A stretch of 64,000 bases of DNA from Thelocarpon superellum (Eukaryota), in assembly GCA_026025795.1 (NCBI GenBank), contig JAPEUG010000057.1:1-64000 (forward strand), written 5' to 3'. The position numbers and the translations under genes were made by a program. The notes beneath the pieces are model-generated. The model did not search any database, was not told the origin of the DNA, and saw only the letters and a list, made by a program, of their open reading frames with translations. Positions 47,945 to 59,073 of this stretch are shown piece after piece. Positions within the stretch are counted from its first letter, which is position 1; the number at the start of each line of letters is the position of its first letter.

Positions 47945-50860
47945 TCAATCCTCCAGTAATTCCATCACGCGCAACAGCACCCGCTCCGTGGCCCAACCGG
48001 CATGTGTCGGCTCCTTGGCCACGGCCGGCCAGATCTCGCCGTGCTTCGGCTCCGCGAGGCTGCACTTGGCAATGGCATCGGCGATGGTCTCGGGCGTGCC
48101 GTGCATGTGGAGGAACTTGAGCAGCCAGGCCCAGGCGTCGCCCTGGTCGGCGTCGGCCAGGATGGCCTTCTCGAACCACGCACGCGCCTTGTCGAGCTTC
48201 CGCTCGGCCCAGAAGACCCGCGCGACGGTGACGAAGAGGTGCGGGTCCGAGTCGACTTTCTTGATGGCTTCCAGACTGCGTGGCTTGCGCGCCGTGCGCG
48301 GCTCAAAGTGCAGGATGGATTCGCTCCAGAGGAGCCCGGACGTCGCGTTCTCCTGCAGCGCTTTCGCCATCAGGTTCTTGCCTTGGTTCATGTTGTGCGC
48401 GCGCCGCTCCACCCGGATCGATTCGAGCCAGAGGATGGCGTTCTTGGGTACGGCGAGGCGCGCCCGGTCGAGAATCGAGCGGCTGCGGACCGTCAGGCCC
48501 GCAGCTTCCTCGAGCCGGGATGCCAGGAGCCAGAGCGGGATCGACGTCGGACACGCTCGGGTCCCCGTGTTGTAGGCGTCGCGCGCCGGCCCGATCTTGT
48601 TCGCGCCTTCGTAGATCTGCCCCTTTTGCATCCACAGCTTGGCGGCCTGGGGGTAGCGCTGCAGACCCTGGTTGACCAGGTCCAGCGCGTCGTCGTCGTT
48701 GCCCAGCTGTCGCTCGAAGGCCACGCTCTTGATCCACACCCGGTCCGTGCCCGCTTCCCGTCGCGCCGTGGAGAGCAGCTCGCGCGCCGCCGCCGTCTGC
48801 TGGTTGTCGGCTTCGAGCTTGACCGCCGCCAGCCAGATGTCCTCGTTGTTCGGGTTCTGCTTGAAGGCCTGTCCGAGCACGCGTCGCGCGTTGTCCATCT
48901 CGCCCGCTTGCCACTTCTCCTTGGCCAGTTGCATCCAGAGCACTTCGCTCTGTGGACACGCCTCCACCGCCTTCTCGAGCAGCTGCCACAGTCCCTCCTT
49001 GCTCCCGTGGTTCCGCTCGAGCTCCGCCGCCGCCAGCCAGAGCGACTTCTTGTTGACAAACACCCGCAGCGCATAGGCGTACATGGCTCGCGCCGTCTCG
49101 TACCGTCCGCGGCCGATGCTGGATCGGGCGTCCTCCATCCAGATCTCCTTGCGGTCGTCGTCCTCGTCCAGGCTCCATCCCAACGTCTCGCGCACGATGG
49201 CGCCACACGTGAGGATGGCGCCCTCCTCCTCGCACTTCTCCGCCTCCGTGATCCATTCCTCCCGCTTCAACATGGCCGATTCCTTGGCCAGCGCCTGCAC
49301 CGCCCGCTTCATCACGTTGATCTTCCCCGCGTTGCCCATCTGCTCTTGCAGTCGGGCCGCCGCGATCCAGATCTCGTGGCTCGTCGGCACGGCGGTGCGC
49401 GCCTTGTTGAGCACCTTCTGCGCATTCTCCGGCGTCTCCAGCCGTGCCAAGGCGAGCCACAGCTCCACCGACAGCGGGATGATCTCCGTCGCCTTGGCCA
49501 GCAGCAGTTTGGCGTCGTCCGGGTCTTCCTCCAGGTTGACCGCTTCTTTCCACAGCACCACCGACTGCGGGATGTGGTCGAGCGCGTGACGGAGCACCCG
49601 TTTCCGGGCCCGCGGCTCGTTCTCCAGCTTCATCGCCTCGATCCAGAGCCGCACCGACCGGTCGTTGTGCTTGATCGCGTTGGCCGCGATGATCTTGGCG
49701 TTGTGGTTGTCGTTCATTCGGATATTCTCCAGCCACGCGTCCTCACTCTTGGGACAGTACTCGCACCCTCGCGCGATGACGTTCCGCGCCGCCACGATCT
49801 TGCCCGCAATCTCTTCCAGTCGCGCCGCCGCGATCCATCCCGGCGCGTGCTTCGGATTGGTCTTGATGACCGACTCCAGCAGCACCCGCACTCGTTTGAT
49901 GTCGCCCACTTCCACCTCGCCCGGCCGGACCTCCGTCTTGCTGAGGCTGGTCAGGTAGCCCTTGGGGTCGATGTTGGTCGCGCTGCCCGTCGCCGCGTCG
50001 GTGCCGGAACCCTGTGCCGCTTGATCCAGCCGCACCTGCAGCACCTTATCTCGCGCGGCGCCAATGTCGGCAAAGTTGGTCATCGTCCCATCCGCCTGGT
50101 CGTTGGAGGCCCCGTTCGCCCCCGCTCCGTCGTCCGTCACCGTCGTGTCGAACTGGGTCGAGTCCCGTGCGCCAGCGATGACGCTATCCGGCACGGCGTA
50201 GAAGCGTTGGCGGAGGTTCTGCTTGGCGCGTCGATTCTTGCCCGTCAAGTCGCCCACCTCGGGCAGCTCGGCCCACTCCTGATCGCTGACCGTGCCCAGG
50301 GCTCGTTTGAGATCGGCAAACTGCTGTTGGATCTTGGGGTTATTTCGCTCGTACTCTTCCCGCTCCTTTTGCTCTCGTGCTTCCCTGTAGGTGGCGAGGT
50401 TCAAGTCGGTAATCTGTCCCACGATACAACGATTCGATAAACCAGCTGCTTCACACGCAGTGGATGGGGAAGGGGAGCACAGAAAGGGCACCCACCTGCG
50501 AATCTTCCGCCGCCGGTCCATCTTCTCGTCCACCTCTTGGTAGATGCGGTCGGCCTCGTCATCTTCCTTGTCGTAGGCGCCCCCAGCGAATAAGCCGACT
50601 TCATTCTCGGGATCTTGGTAGCGTTCATCGTCGTCATCATCCTTCTCATCCTTCTTCTCCGTCGCGCCATATGCCGTGGGAGGGGCAGCACCCAGCTGTT
50701 GTGCTCGTTTGGCCAAGGCGTCTTTGATCTGCTCTTCGCTGGGACCTTCACGGGCGGGGCCGAGGTCCGACCGGGTCATGAACCCCGTCGCACCTCGACC
50801 CAGACCCGCCACGTAATTCTCCGGCGGCTGCTGATTGAGAAAATCCTTGCGGCCTGACAT
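47945..50860 (-). CDS. PRP6: Pre-mRNA splicing factor Prp6 (PRP1_N domain plus HAT/TPR repeats)
   Basis: PPENYVAGLGRGATGF.TRSDLGPAR, NPKIQQQFADLKR, TNPKHAPGWIAAARLEE; one in-frame intron at 50495-50385. Confidence 0.97.
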   Translation of the reverse strand: MSGRKDFLNQQPPENYVAGLGRGATGFMTRSDLGPAREGPSEEQIKDALAKRAQQLGAAPPTAYGATEKKDEKDDDDDERYQDPENEVGLFAGGAYDKEDDEADRIYQEVDEKMDRRRKIRRWVPFLCSPSPSTACEAAGLSNRCIVGQITDLNLATYREAREQKEREEYERNNPKIQQQFADLKRALGTVSDQEWAELPEVGDLTGKNRRAKQNLRQRFYAVPDSVIAGARDSTQFDTTVTDDGAGANGASNDQADGTMTNFADIGAARDKVLQVRLDQAAQGSGTDAATGSATNIDPKGYLTSLSKTEVRPGEVEVGDIKRVRVLLESVIKTNPKHAPGWIAAARLEEIAGKIVAARNVIARGCEYCPKSEDAWLENIRMNDNHNAKIIAANAIKHNDRSVRLWIEAMKLENEPRARKRVLRHALDHIPQSVVLWKEAVNLEEDPDDAKLLLAKATEIIPLSVELWLALARLETPENAQKVLNKARTAVPTSHEIWIAAARLQEQMGNAGKINVMKRAVQALAKESAMLKREEWITEAEKCEEEGAILTCGAIVRETLGWSLDEDDDRKEIWMEDARSSIGRGRYETARAMYAYALRVFVNKKSLWLAAAELERNHGSKEGLWQLLEKAVEACPQSEVLWMQLAKEKWQAGEMDNARRVLGQAFKQNPNNEDIWLAAVKLEADNQQTAAARELLSTARREAGTDRVWIKSVAFERQLGNDDDALDLVNQGLQRYPQAAKLWMQKGQIYEGANKIGPARDAYNTGTRACPTSIPLWLLASRLEEAAGLTVRSRSILDRARLAVPKNAILWLESIRVERRAHNMNQGKNLMAKALQENATSGLLWSESILHFEPRTARKPRSLEAIKKVDSDPHLFVTVARVFWAERKLDKARAWFEKAILADADQGDAWAWLLKFLHMHGTPETIADAIAKCSLAEPKHGEIWPAVAKEPTHAGWATERVLLRVMELLED

Positions 50861-51085
50861 GGTGGCGGTGTTGTGACCGGGTGAGAGGCAAAGTGATGTT
50901 GGCCGTCGGCATCGTCAAGAAAGGTCGTGAGCGTGCACCTTGAATTACCCGGTGATTCATGTCGAGTCACAAATCTCCCACATCCCACCAATCCCACCGA
51001 TCCCACCAATCCCACCAGTCCCACCAGTGACGATGAAGCTCCACAACTCTCAACGGCAGAGCAACAGTGAAATGTTTCTCGATAG

Positions 51086-52397
<1,312 letters not shown>

Positions 52398-52806
52398 TGG
52401 AAGCCGTCTCGTCCGTGTTCCAGTGCATGCGTGCCCTACAGGTGTAGATTACGAATCATGATAGGGATGGGACAGGTCGGGTCAGATCGGATCTGATAAA
52501 CTTGTAGAGCTGGTATTGATCAGAGACTGATAGAGGAGGTAGAACTAAAGATACATCAAGGAAAGAGAGAGAAGGAGAAGGGACACGGGGGAGATGAGAG
52601 GGAGGTGAAGAAGGAGAGGAGCGAAGAGACCGCAAACTCAGGGAACAGAGAACTGGGAGTGAGAGTGAGATCGATATCAAGTCGCCCGCGAGTCCGATCT
52701 TCTCCTCCTCAGTCACCCGCGGCTGAACTCATCCCGTCCGTCTCCACCCATCATCGTCCCACCCAGATCCGGCCCGACCGGAAAGACACGGTCCTGGTAT
52801 CTCTGC

Positions 52807-53395
52807 CTAGGTCCGCGAATAGGGATGGTATCCACGAGCATGGCCACGCCCGCCACCGCGGTAGTTCGCGCCGGGTTTCCCCGCGTTCTTTGGTCCCGTC
52901 GGCGCATTGGCCGGCGCCGCGCTTGGTTGCACGGGGACCGGAGGGCCCTGGGATCCGCGGTTCTGCGAGCCCCCGCGGTTGGCCTGTCCTTGATTCGGTG
53001 TCAACTGTCGTGCGTAGCTGCCTTGCGCCCCTCCACCCGGGTTCGGGTTCATATGCGGCTGCGGCACGTCGTCGTACATGCCTTCCCACGACGTGGCACC
53101 GCCCGCTCCGCCGGGATACTGCGGGTATTGCTGTTGGTCGCGCACCCCGCGCCGCACTTGCTGCTGCTCGTACTTCTGCTGCTCGAACATCTGCTGCTCA
53201 TACGCCGTGTATCCCGGTCCGCCACGTCCGGCGCCGCCCGTGTTGGCCGATCCCATGTTGGATCCGCCCGCTCCCATCGCGACCGCGCCCATGTTGCCCT
53301 GGTCCACATTCCCTCCGCCCATGTTCCCCGCGCCAAAGTTACCTTGCTGTGCCGGCGTTGGTGCCATTTGGGGCGGCGCCTGTTGTGGATGCTGT

Positions 53396-53442
<47 letters not shown>

Positions 53443-56085
53443 TTGCATCTGCTGCATCTGCTGCATCATGGCCGGATTCATCCCCTGCATCGCCGTCGAT
53501 CCGGGACTCTGCGGGCCGGGCGACGCCCCTCCCTGGGACCCCTGTGCACGCGCCATGGCCTGCAGCTGCTGCATCTGCTGGAGCTGTTGCATCTGTTGCA
53601 TCTGTTGCATCTGCTGCATCATTGCCGGGTTCATGGCGCCCATGCCCATGGCATTCGGCATCCCCTGGCCCTGCGCCGCCGCCATCTGCTGCTGCATCAT
53701 GGCAAAGTAGGCTTGCATGCGCTGCCAATACTGCGCCATCACCTGTGGCGTCATGCCGCCATACATGCCCTGAGCGCCGGGCGCGTTGGCCCCGCCCTTG
53801 TTGTCGCTGTTGTCGAAGTTGCCGCCTGCCCGTCCCGAGTCGCGCTCGCCCTCCTTCCCCCGGCGGTTGAAGCGGCGGTCGCGGTTGTCGTCGTCGTGGT
53901 CGCGCACGTTGCCCCGGGGCTGGGCCTTCTTGACCTCGATGGACTTGTGGTGGATCTCCAGCGGCTGCGCCAACGTCGCCTCGACCGCCGCCTCGCTGTC
54001 AAAGGTGACGAAGCCGAAGCCGCGCGGGCGGCCCGTGTCCTTGTCCATCATGAGGGTGGCGTCGACCACCTTGCCGAACTGCATGAAGAACTCCTTAAAG
54101 TCCTGCTCCGTGGCCTCTTGGCTGACGCCGCCCACAAAGATCTTGCTCGTGCGTTCTTGCTCGTCGCGCGGGATAGCGCGCTTGGGGTCGATCTTGAGAG
54201 GTGTTAGATGTGAGCTTCCGCGCCGAGAACGCGACGCCGGTCGGGCGCCGCCGCGAGATGCAGGGATTGAAGCTCTTACGATCTTGCCGTCCAAGAAATG
54301 CTCTTTCACCATCACAATGTTCACCGTCCGTGCATCCTTGAAGGTCAGAAAGCCAAAGCCTCGCGACCGCCCCGTCGCCCCGTCGCGCATCACCGTGCAA
54401 TCCATGACCTCCCCAAATTGGGAGAAGTAGTCCTTGAGCGATTCTAAGCGGCGTCGCGGTGGACCAGATCAGCATGCCATCCTTGCGACAGGGGGCCTCA
54501 CTATCACATACGGTCCGTCGTCTCCCAATTCAACCCGCCGATGAACATCTTCCTGCAAGGACACCAACCCGTCAGCCTCTCCTCCACGCCGCTGCCCGTA
54601 CAACGATGCGAAACGTAGAAAACTGTCACAGCCACGTCCTTCCTCCACAGCGACCGAGAAGGGCAACGACGAGCAGACTAGGGGCCAGGAGGGGGCAGGT
54701 GGCCTTGTCGGCACCACCGTGGCGGACACGGACGGCATCAGACCAGGGCGGCGGATGTGTTGGTGGCGGACGACTCCGCGTCAGTGTACGAGTACCACGT
54801 GGATGAGGGTGATGACGGGCAGCGATGCAGGGCGTCGGTGGACGGCGGATCCAGCTCGGGTCTTATCCATCGTGCCTCCTCAGCCCATCGGATACGCCCG
54901 CCTCTCCCGCCCAGGCACGTCCTCGACCCTGCTCTAGATGGCTCGTCACATCGGTATGCCCCGGCCCTCCATCCATCTCTTCACACGGGGGTGGTGATCG
55001 CCTCCATGGTGTCGTTGGGGTGGTCATCGGCACGTGCTGAGTCTGGTGCACAGAGGGGCCGGAGATGTCTTTCTCTTGCTATGGATGTCGCATGCTAGGT
55101 ACTGTCGTCGAGTGCTATGAGCTTTCTGACGCTGACCACGCCATCCCGTCCGGCCGGTCTACCTCGTGCCGTGCCCACCGAGATTCTCGCGACTTGAGGC
55201 TATGTAGGAGCAGTGGTGGTGGTAGTAGCAGCAGTGGCAGTCGCCGTGTTAGAGCCGCGCCATCTCGGTCGCTGGTGTGGACGTGAAGTATCGAGGTGGA
55301 TTACCAGATCATCTCCCTCCATCGGGCCTGCGACGCTCGACCCGCCTTGCCCACTCCACGGTGATCTTCTTGCGCGCATCTCGCCCCCGACCCTCACACC
55401 ACACGGCTCCGATCCTGTCCTTGGTCGGGATCGCTCCTCGCGCCCATCTTCCCGACTGCGCTTGCTCGACAGTGACCTTTTCAAGGGCACCCAGCGCCGT
55501 CCAGTCCACGCTAGCTCCGACGCCTGCACCTCCAGGGTCCGAGCTCGGGCGGATGCACCTCCACTCCGCGAGATATCTTTCCCACGTCCCTCATTCGCAG
55601 ATGACAAGATCACAGGCGAGGCTAAAAGAAAACGCAGGAAAGCAATGTTCAACGAAATCTCACTTACCCATCTTCTTTGATTCCTGGACCGTGGGCTTCG
55701 TGATGGCCGCCGTGGCCGCCGCGGCCGCCGTGACCGTTGTTCGTGGGATGAACGCCAGTCATCGCCTCGACCTGCTCGCCATTGGCGCCGTTCACATTCG
55801 TGTAGTCTGCATTCGTCTCCGGCTGCGGGCTTTGGCCAGGCCAGGACGTGTCCGCCGCCTCGGACGTGACGGGAGCGGAGACGGCAGCATATTCGACCGC
55901 CTCACCCGTGTCGGGCTTCAGGGGTTCACTAACGGCTGGAGTGGGTTTGGGCGCGACCTCATCCGCCTCATATCTAGAACCAGAGGAAATCGAGTCAGCT
56001 CCCCACGACCTCGCACCCGGCCGTGATGTAACGAGACTCACAGATCGGCAAAGAGGTCCTCTTCCAGATCCTCTGGCTCGGTCAT
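52807..56085 (-). CDS. HRP1: Hrp1/Musashi-like two-RRM RNA-binding protein with a Q/G/M-rich tail and PY-NLS
   Basis: MTEPEDLEEDLFADL|YEA...GIKEDG|KMFIGGLNWETTD...; RNP1 motifs RGFGFLTF and RGFGFVTF; C-terminal RGYHPYSR; 1115-nt intron at 55667-54553. Confidence 0.9.
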
Positions 56086-56386
56086 CGTGGCAGCACGAGG
56101 TCAGTTGAAGACGGGCTCGCCCAAGATCTCCGCTAAGTTACTAGAGCCGCGTGGTCAAAGCGACGACAGCGGCAGCAAACCGGTGGAGGTCGGTGGTCGT
56201 GCTACGATTAGTGGTGATCCACAGGCTTCGAAACCATGCAACAGTCGCAAGATGAGAGGAATTCGAACTTGGATCTCGCCGGTGATGTGAACGAGCGGAT
56301 GATGGATCCGGAGAGAGATGATGAAGAGAAGCAGAAAGTAACAGCTTGGTCACTTCAATCGGGTCAAGCGGCGAAAAAGGTTTACA

Positions 56387-56422
56387 GTCACGTGTGAGCG
56401 CCACACGTGATGGTGTCACGTG
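56387..56422. promoter_or_regulatory. Three RTCACGTG E-boxes in the HRP1/GYP1 divergent promoter
   Basis: CACGTG at 56389, 56404 and 56417, each in RTCACGTG context on one strand or the other. Confidence 0.6.
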
Positions 56423-56683
56423 CGAGGGTCCACGTCGTTCGACGGGACGGACAAGGCATGAGGTACATCTGGGACATCTGGTGCATCTAGGGATCGTGAT
56501 GATGATAGATCAGGTCATGAGGCTTGTAGCTAGTCCAAGCTCTTCTCGTTCGGGTCCTTAGGCGGGAAGACGACGTGCATGATGACGGGAAAGAAGACAG
56601 CAGCGCAGGTACGTTGCCGTGGCCCTCCTCGATCCCTCATAGTTTGATGAATCAAGCTGACCGGGGCATTCGAGCTTCAGGAA

Positions 56684-58875
56684 ATGGTCCAGGTTGGTTC
56701 GTGCCTTGACCTACTGATTCGTGGAAGTACGGAATGCTTGCCTCGGGCTGTCATGCTGACTTTACGTCCGCCCGTCTTCAGAGCGTTCCGAGTACGAACC
56801 AGCTACCTCCTCCCGCTGAGACATCCAAAAGTGCTAGACTGACGTCTGAGTAGTCGGACGGCTTCACCATTCTGGCGCCGAAAACCTTCGCCCGGCCGAC
56901 ATGAGTCCCCCAAGGGTCGCGAAGGGAACCTGGTGGTGGGTGCTTCATATTCGCACGCGGACATGCTGAAGTTCGATTCGCTGTGAGGCCCTACGTGTTG
57001 GATTCGCTTGCACCCCCTGACTGCGGCTGCCAGAGCCCTTGGTTCAAGCATCTCTCGACCGCAGACTCCTCCAAGCGGCTCACGGAGTACGGGGAGCCGT
57101 CACACAGGCACTCCTCCCGCCTCGAAATCTGGCTCCAGCGTGACGTCGCCGCCGATCCGAAAGACATACACGGAATTCCTGTCACATACGAACAGCGACT
57201 GGGGAATGGAACCCGATGACGAGGAAGAAGAGGAGGAATATGGCTACGCGGAGGAAGAAGAGGATGAGTTTGGCTTGCCCAGCCTCGCCACGATGCAGCG
57301 CAATGGCCCCCGGCCCTCGGCCCGTTCGACCAAACGGACCGAGAGGGGTCTTGACGTGTATCGGAATGGAGCCGCAAGCTTCGTCTCCACGCCCGGGCGA
57401 CCTCGGTCGAGCAGCGCCGACATCGCCGAGGAACGGGGGACACCAACCTATCCGGTTCCCAAGAAGAGCGAGGGCAAGATCCTACGACCCCAATACAAGG
57501 AGATCCTTCGAGGTACGTCGAAAGAATGGCTCACTGCAGCAATGATACTGAGGCCGAGCAGATCCGGCGAACTCTCTCCACCTAATCCATCATCCTCCGC
57601 TGCCCACCGACGCCACTCCCAAGGAGCGCGAGGCGCACTCCTCACGCATCTCACGCATCAACAAGTTCAAACGCATTCTCCAAGCGACCTCCATCTCGAT
57701 CTCCGAGCTCCGCGACTCGTCGTGGAATGGGATCCCGAGCGAAGTGCGGGCAATGAGCTGGCAGATTCTGCTCGGGTACCTGCCGACCAACAGCGAGCGA
57801 CGAAGCACGACGCTGGAGCGCAAACGGAGAGAATACCTCGACGGGGTGCGACAAGCCTTTGAGCGGGGTGGATCGAGCAACCAAGGGTCGGAGAGCACGC
57901 CGACCCGGCCAGGGTCATCCGGACGCGGACGAGGCGTGGACGAGGCGGTGTGGCATCAGATCAGCATCGACGTGCCGCGGACCAATCCGCACATCGAGCT
58001 GTACGGGTACGATGCGACGCAGCGATCGCTCGAACGCATCCTGTACGTCTGGGCGATCCGACACCCGGCCAGCGGATACGTGCAAGGGATCAACGACCTG
58101 GTGACGCCGTTCTGGCAGGTCTTCCTCGGGAGCTACATCACCGACGCCGACATCGAGAGCGGCATGGACCCGGGGCAACTGCCGAAGCCGGTGCTGGACG
58201 CGGTCGAGGCCGACTCATTCTGGTGTCTGACCAAGCTCCTGGACGGCATCCAAGACAACTACATCTTTGCGCAGCCGGGGATCCAACGGCAGGTCGCCGC
58301 CCTGCGCGATCTCACCATGCGCATCGACTCGGGGCTCGGCAAGCATCTGGAGCGCGAGGGCGTGGAGTTTATCCAGTTCAGCTTCCGCTGGATGAATTGC
58401 CTCTTAATGCGCGAAGTCAGCGTGAAGAACACGATCCGAATGTGGGACACGTATTTGGTAAGTCTTGGCCCAGTGTCCAGTATCCCTCCCACTCTATCAC
58501 ATACACACAAAGAGAGAGAGAGAGAGAGAGAGAAGACATACGGTATATCGCCGTTCTAACACCGTTCTTCTCCGTTTCCTCCAGGCCGAAGAACGTGGAT
58601 TTTCCGAGTTCCACCTTTACGTATGCGCCGCTTTTCTGGTGAAGTGGTCCGAGCAGCTGGTCAAGATGGATTTCCAAGAAACCATGATGTTTCTGCAGGC
58701 GCTGCCGACGCGCGACTGGACGGAGAAAGACATGGAGCTGCTCCTCAGCGAGGCTTTTATTTGGCAGAGCCTGTTTCGCGGCTCCAGCGCCCATCTGAGG
58801 GATTCGTCGAGTCAGCGCTCTCTTGCTTCTCAGGGCACCGTCGGGATGGGCCCGGATCATGGTGCGGTCGTCTAG
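56684..58875 (+). CDS. GYP1: TBC-domain Rab GTPase-activating protein Gyp1
   Basis: WQILLGYLP, QISIDVPRT, YVQGINDL, EADSFWCL, FIQFSFRWMNCLLMRE. 5' exons 56684-56696, 56782-56791 and 56854-56982; an in-frame upstream exon from ATG 56579 is possible. Confidence 0.93.
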
Positions 58876-59073
58876 GGTCAGACGTGATTTGATGTGTGAT
58901 GTGCGTCTGTCATGTGGTGTGGTGTGATAGAAAGGGTGTTCTTGACTTGTCGTGTCGTCGAATGTAAATATGCTGCCTCATCTACGTGGATAAGATGACG
59001 ATGCGAAATCGCGGCCGAGGACGTCCCAAGATGCAAGCTCCAATCAACAAAACAACATGAACAAGAACAAACG

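Noticed and set aside
48002..50440. 812-aa plus-strand ORF
   Set aside because: Antisense shadow of PRP6 caused by GC-rich codon bias; composition is not protein-family-like.
50982..51028. ATCCCACCR repeats in the PRP6/DIM1 divergent promoter
   Set aside because: A simple 9-bp minisatellite with no evidence of function from sequence alone.
52825..54207. Plus-strand ORFs with poly-Leu or poly-Cys, resembling a membrane protein or metallothionein
   Set aside because: Antisense readings of the CAG poly-Gln tract of HRP1.
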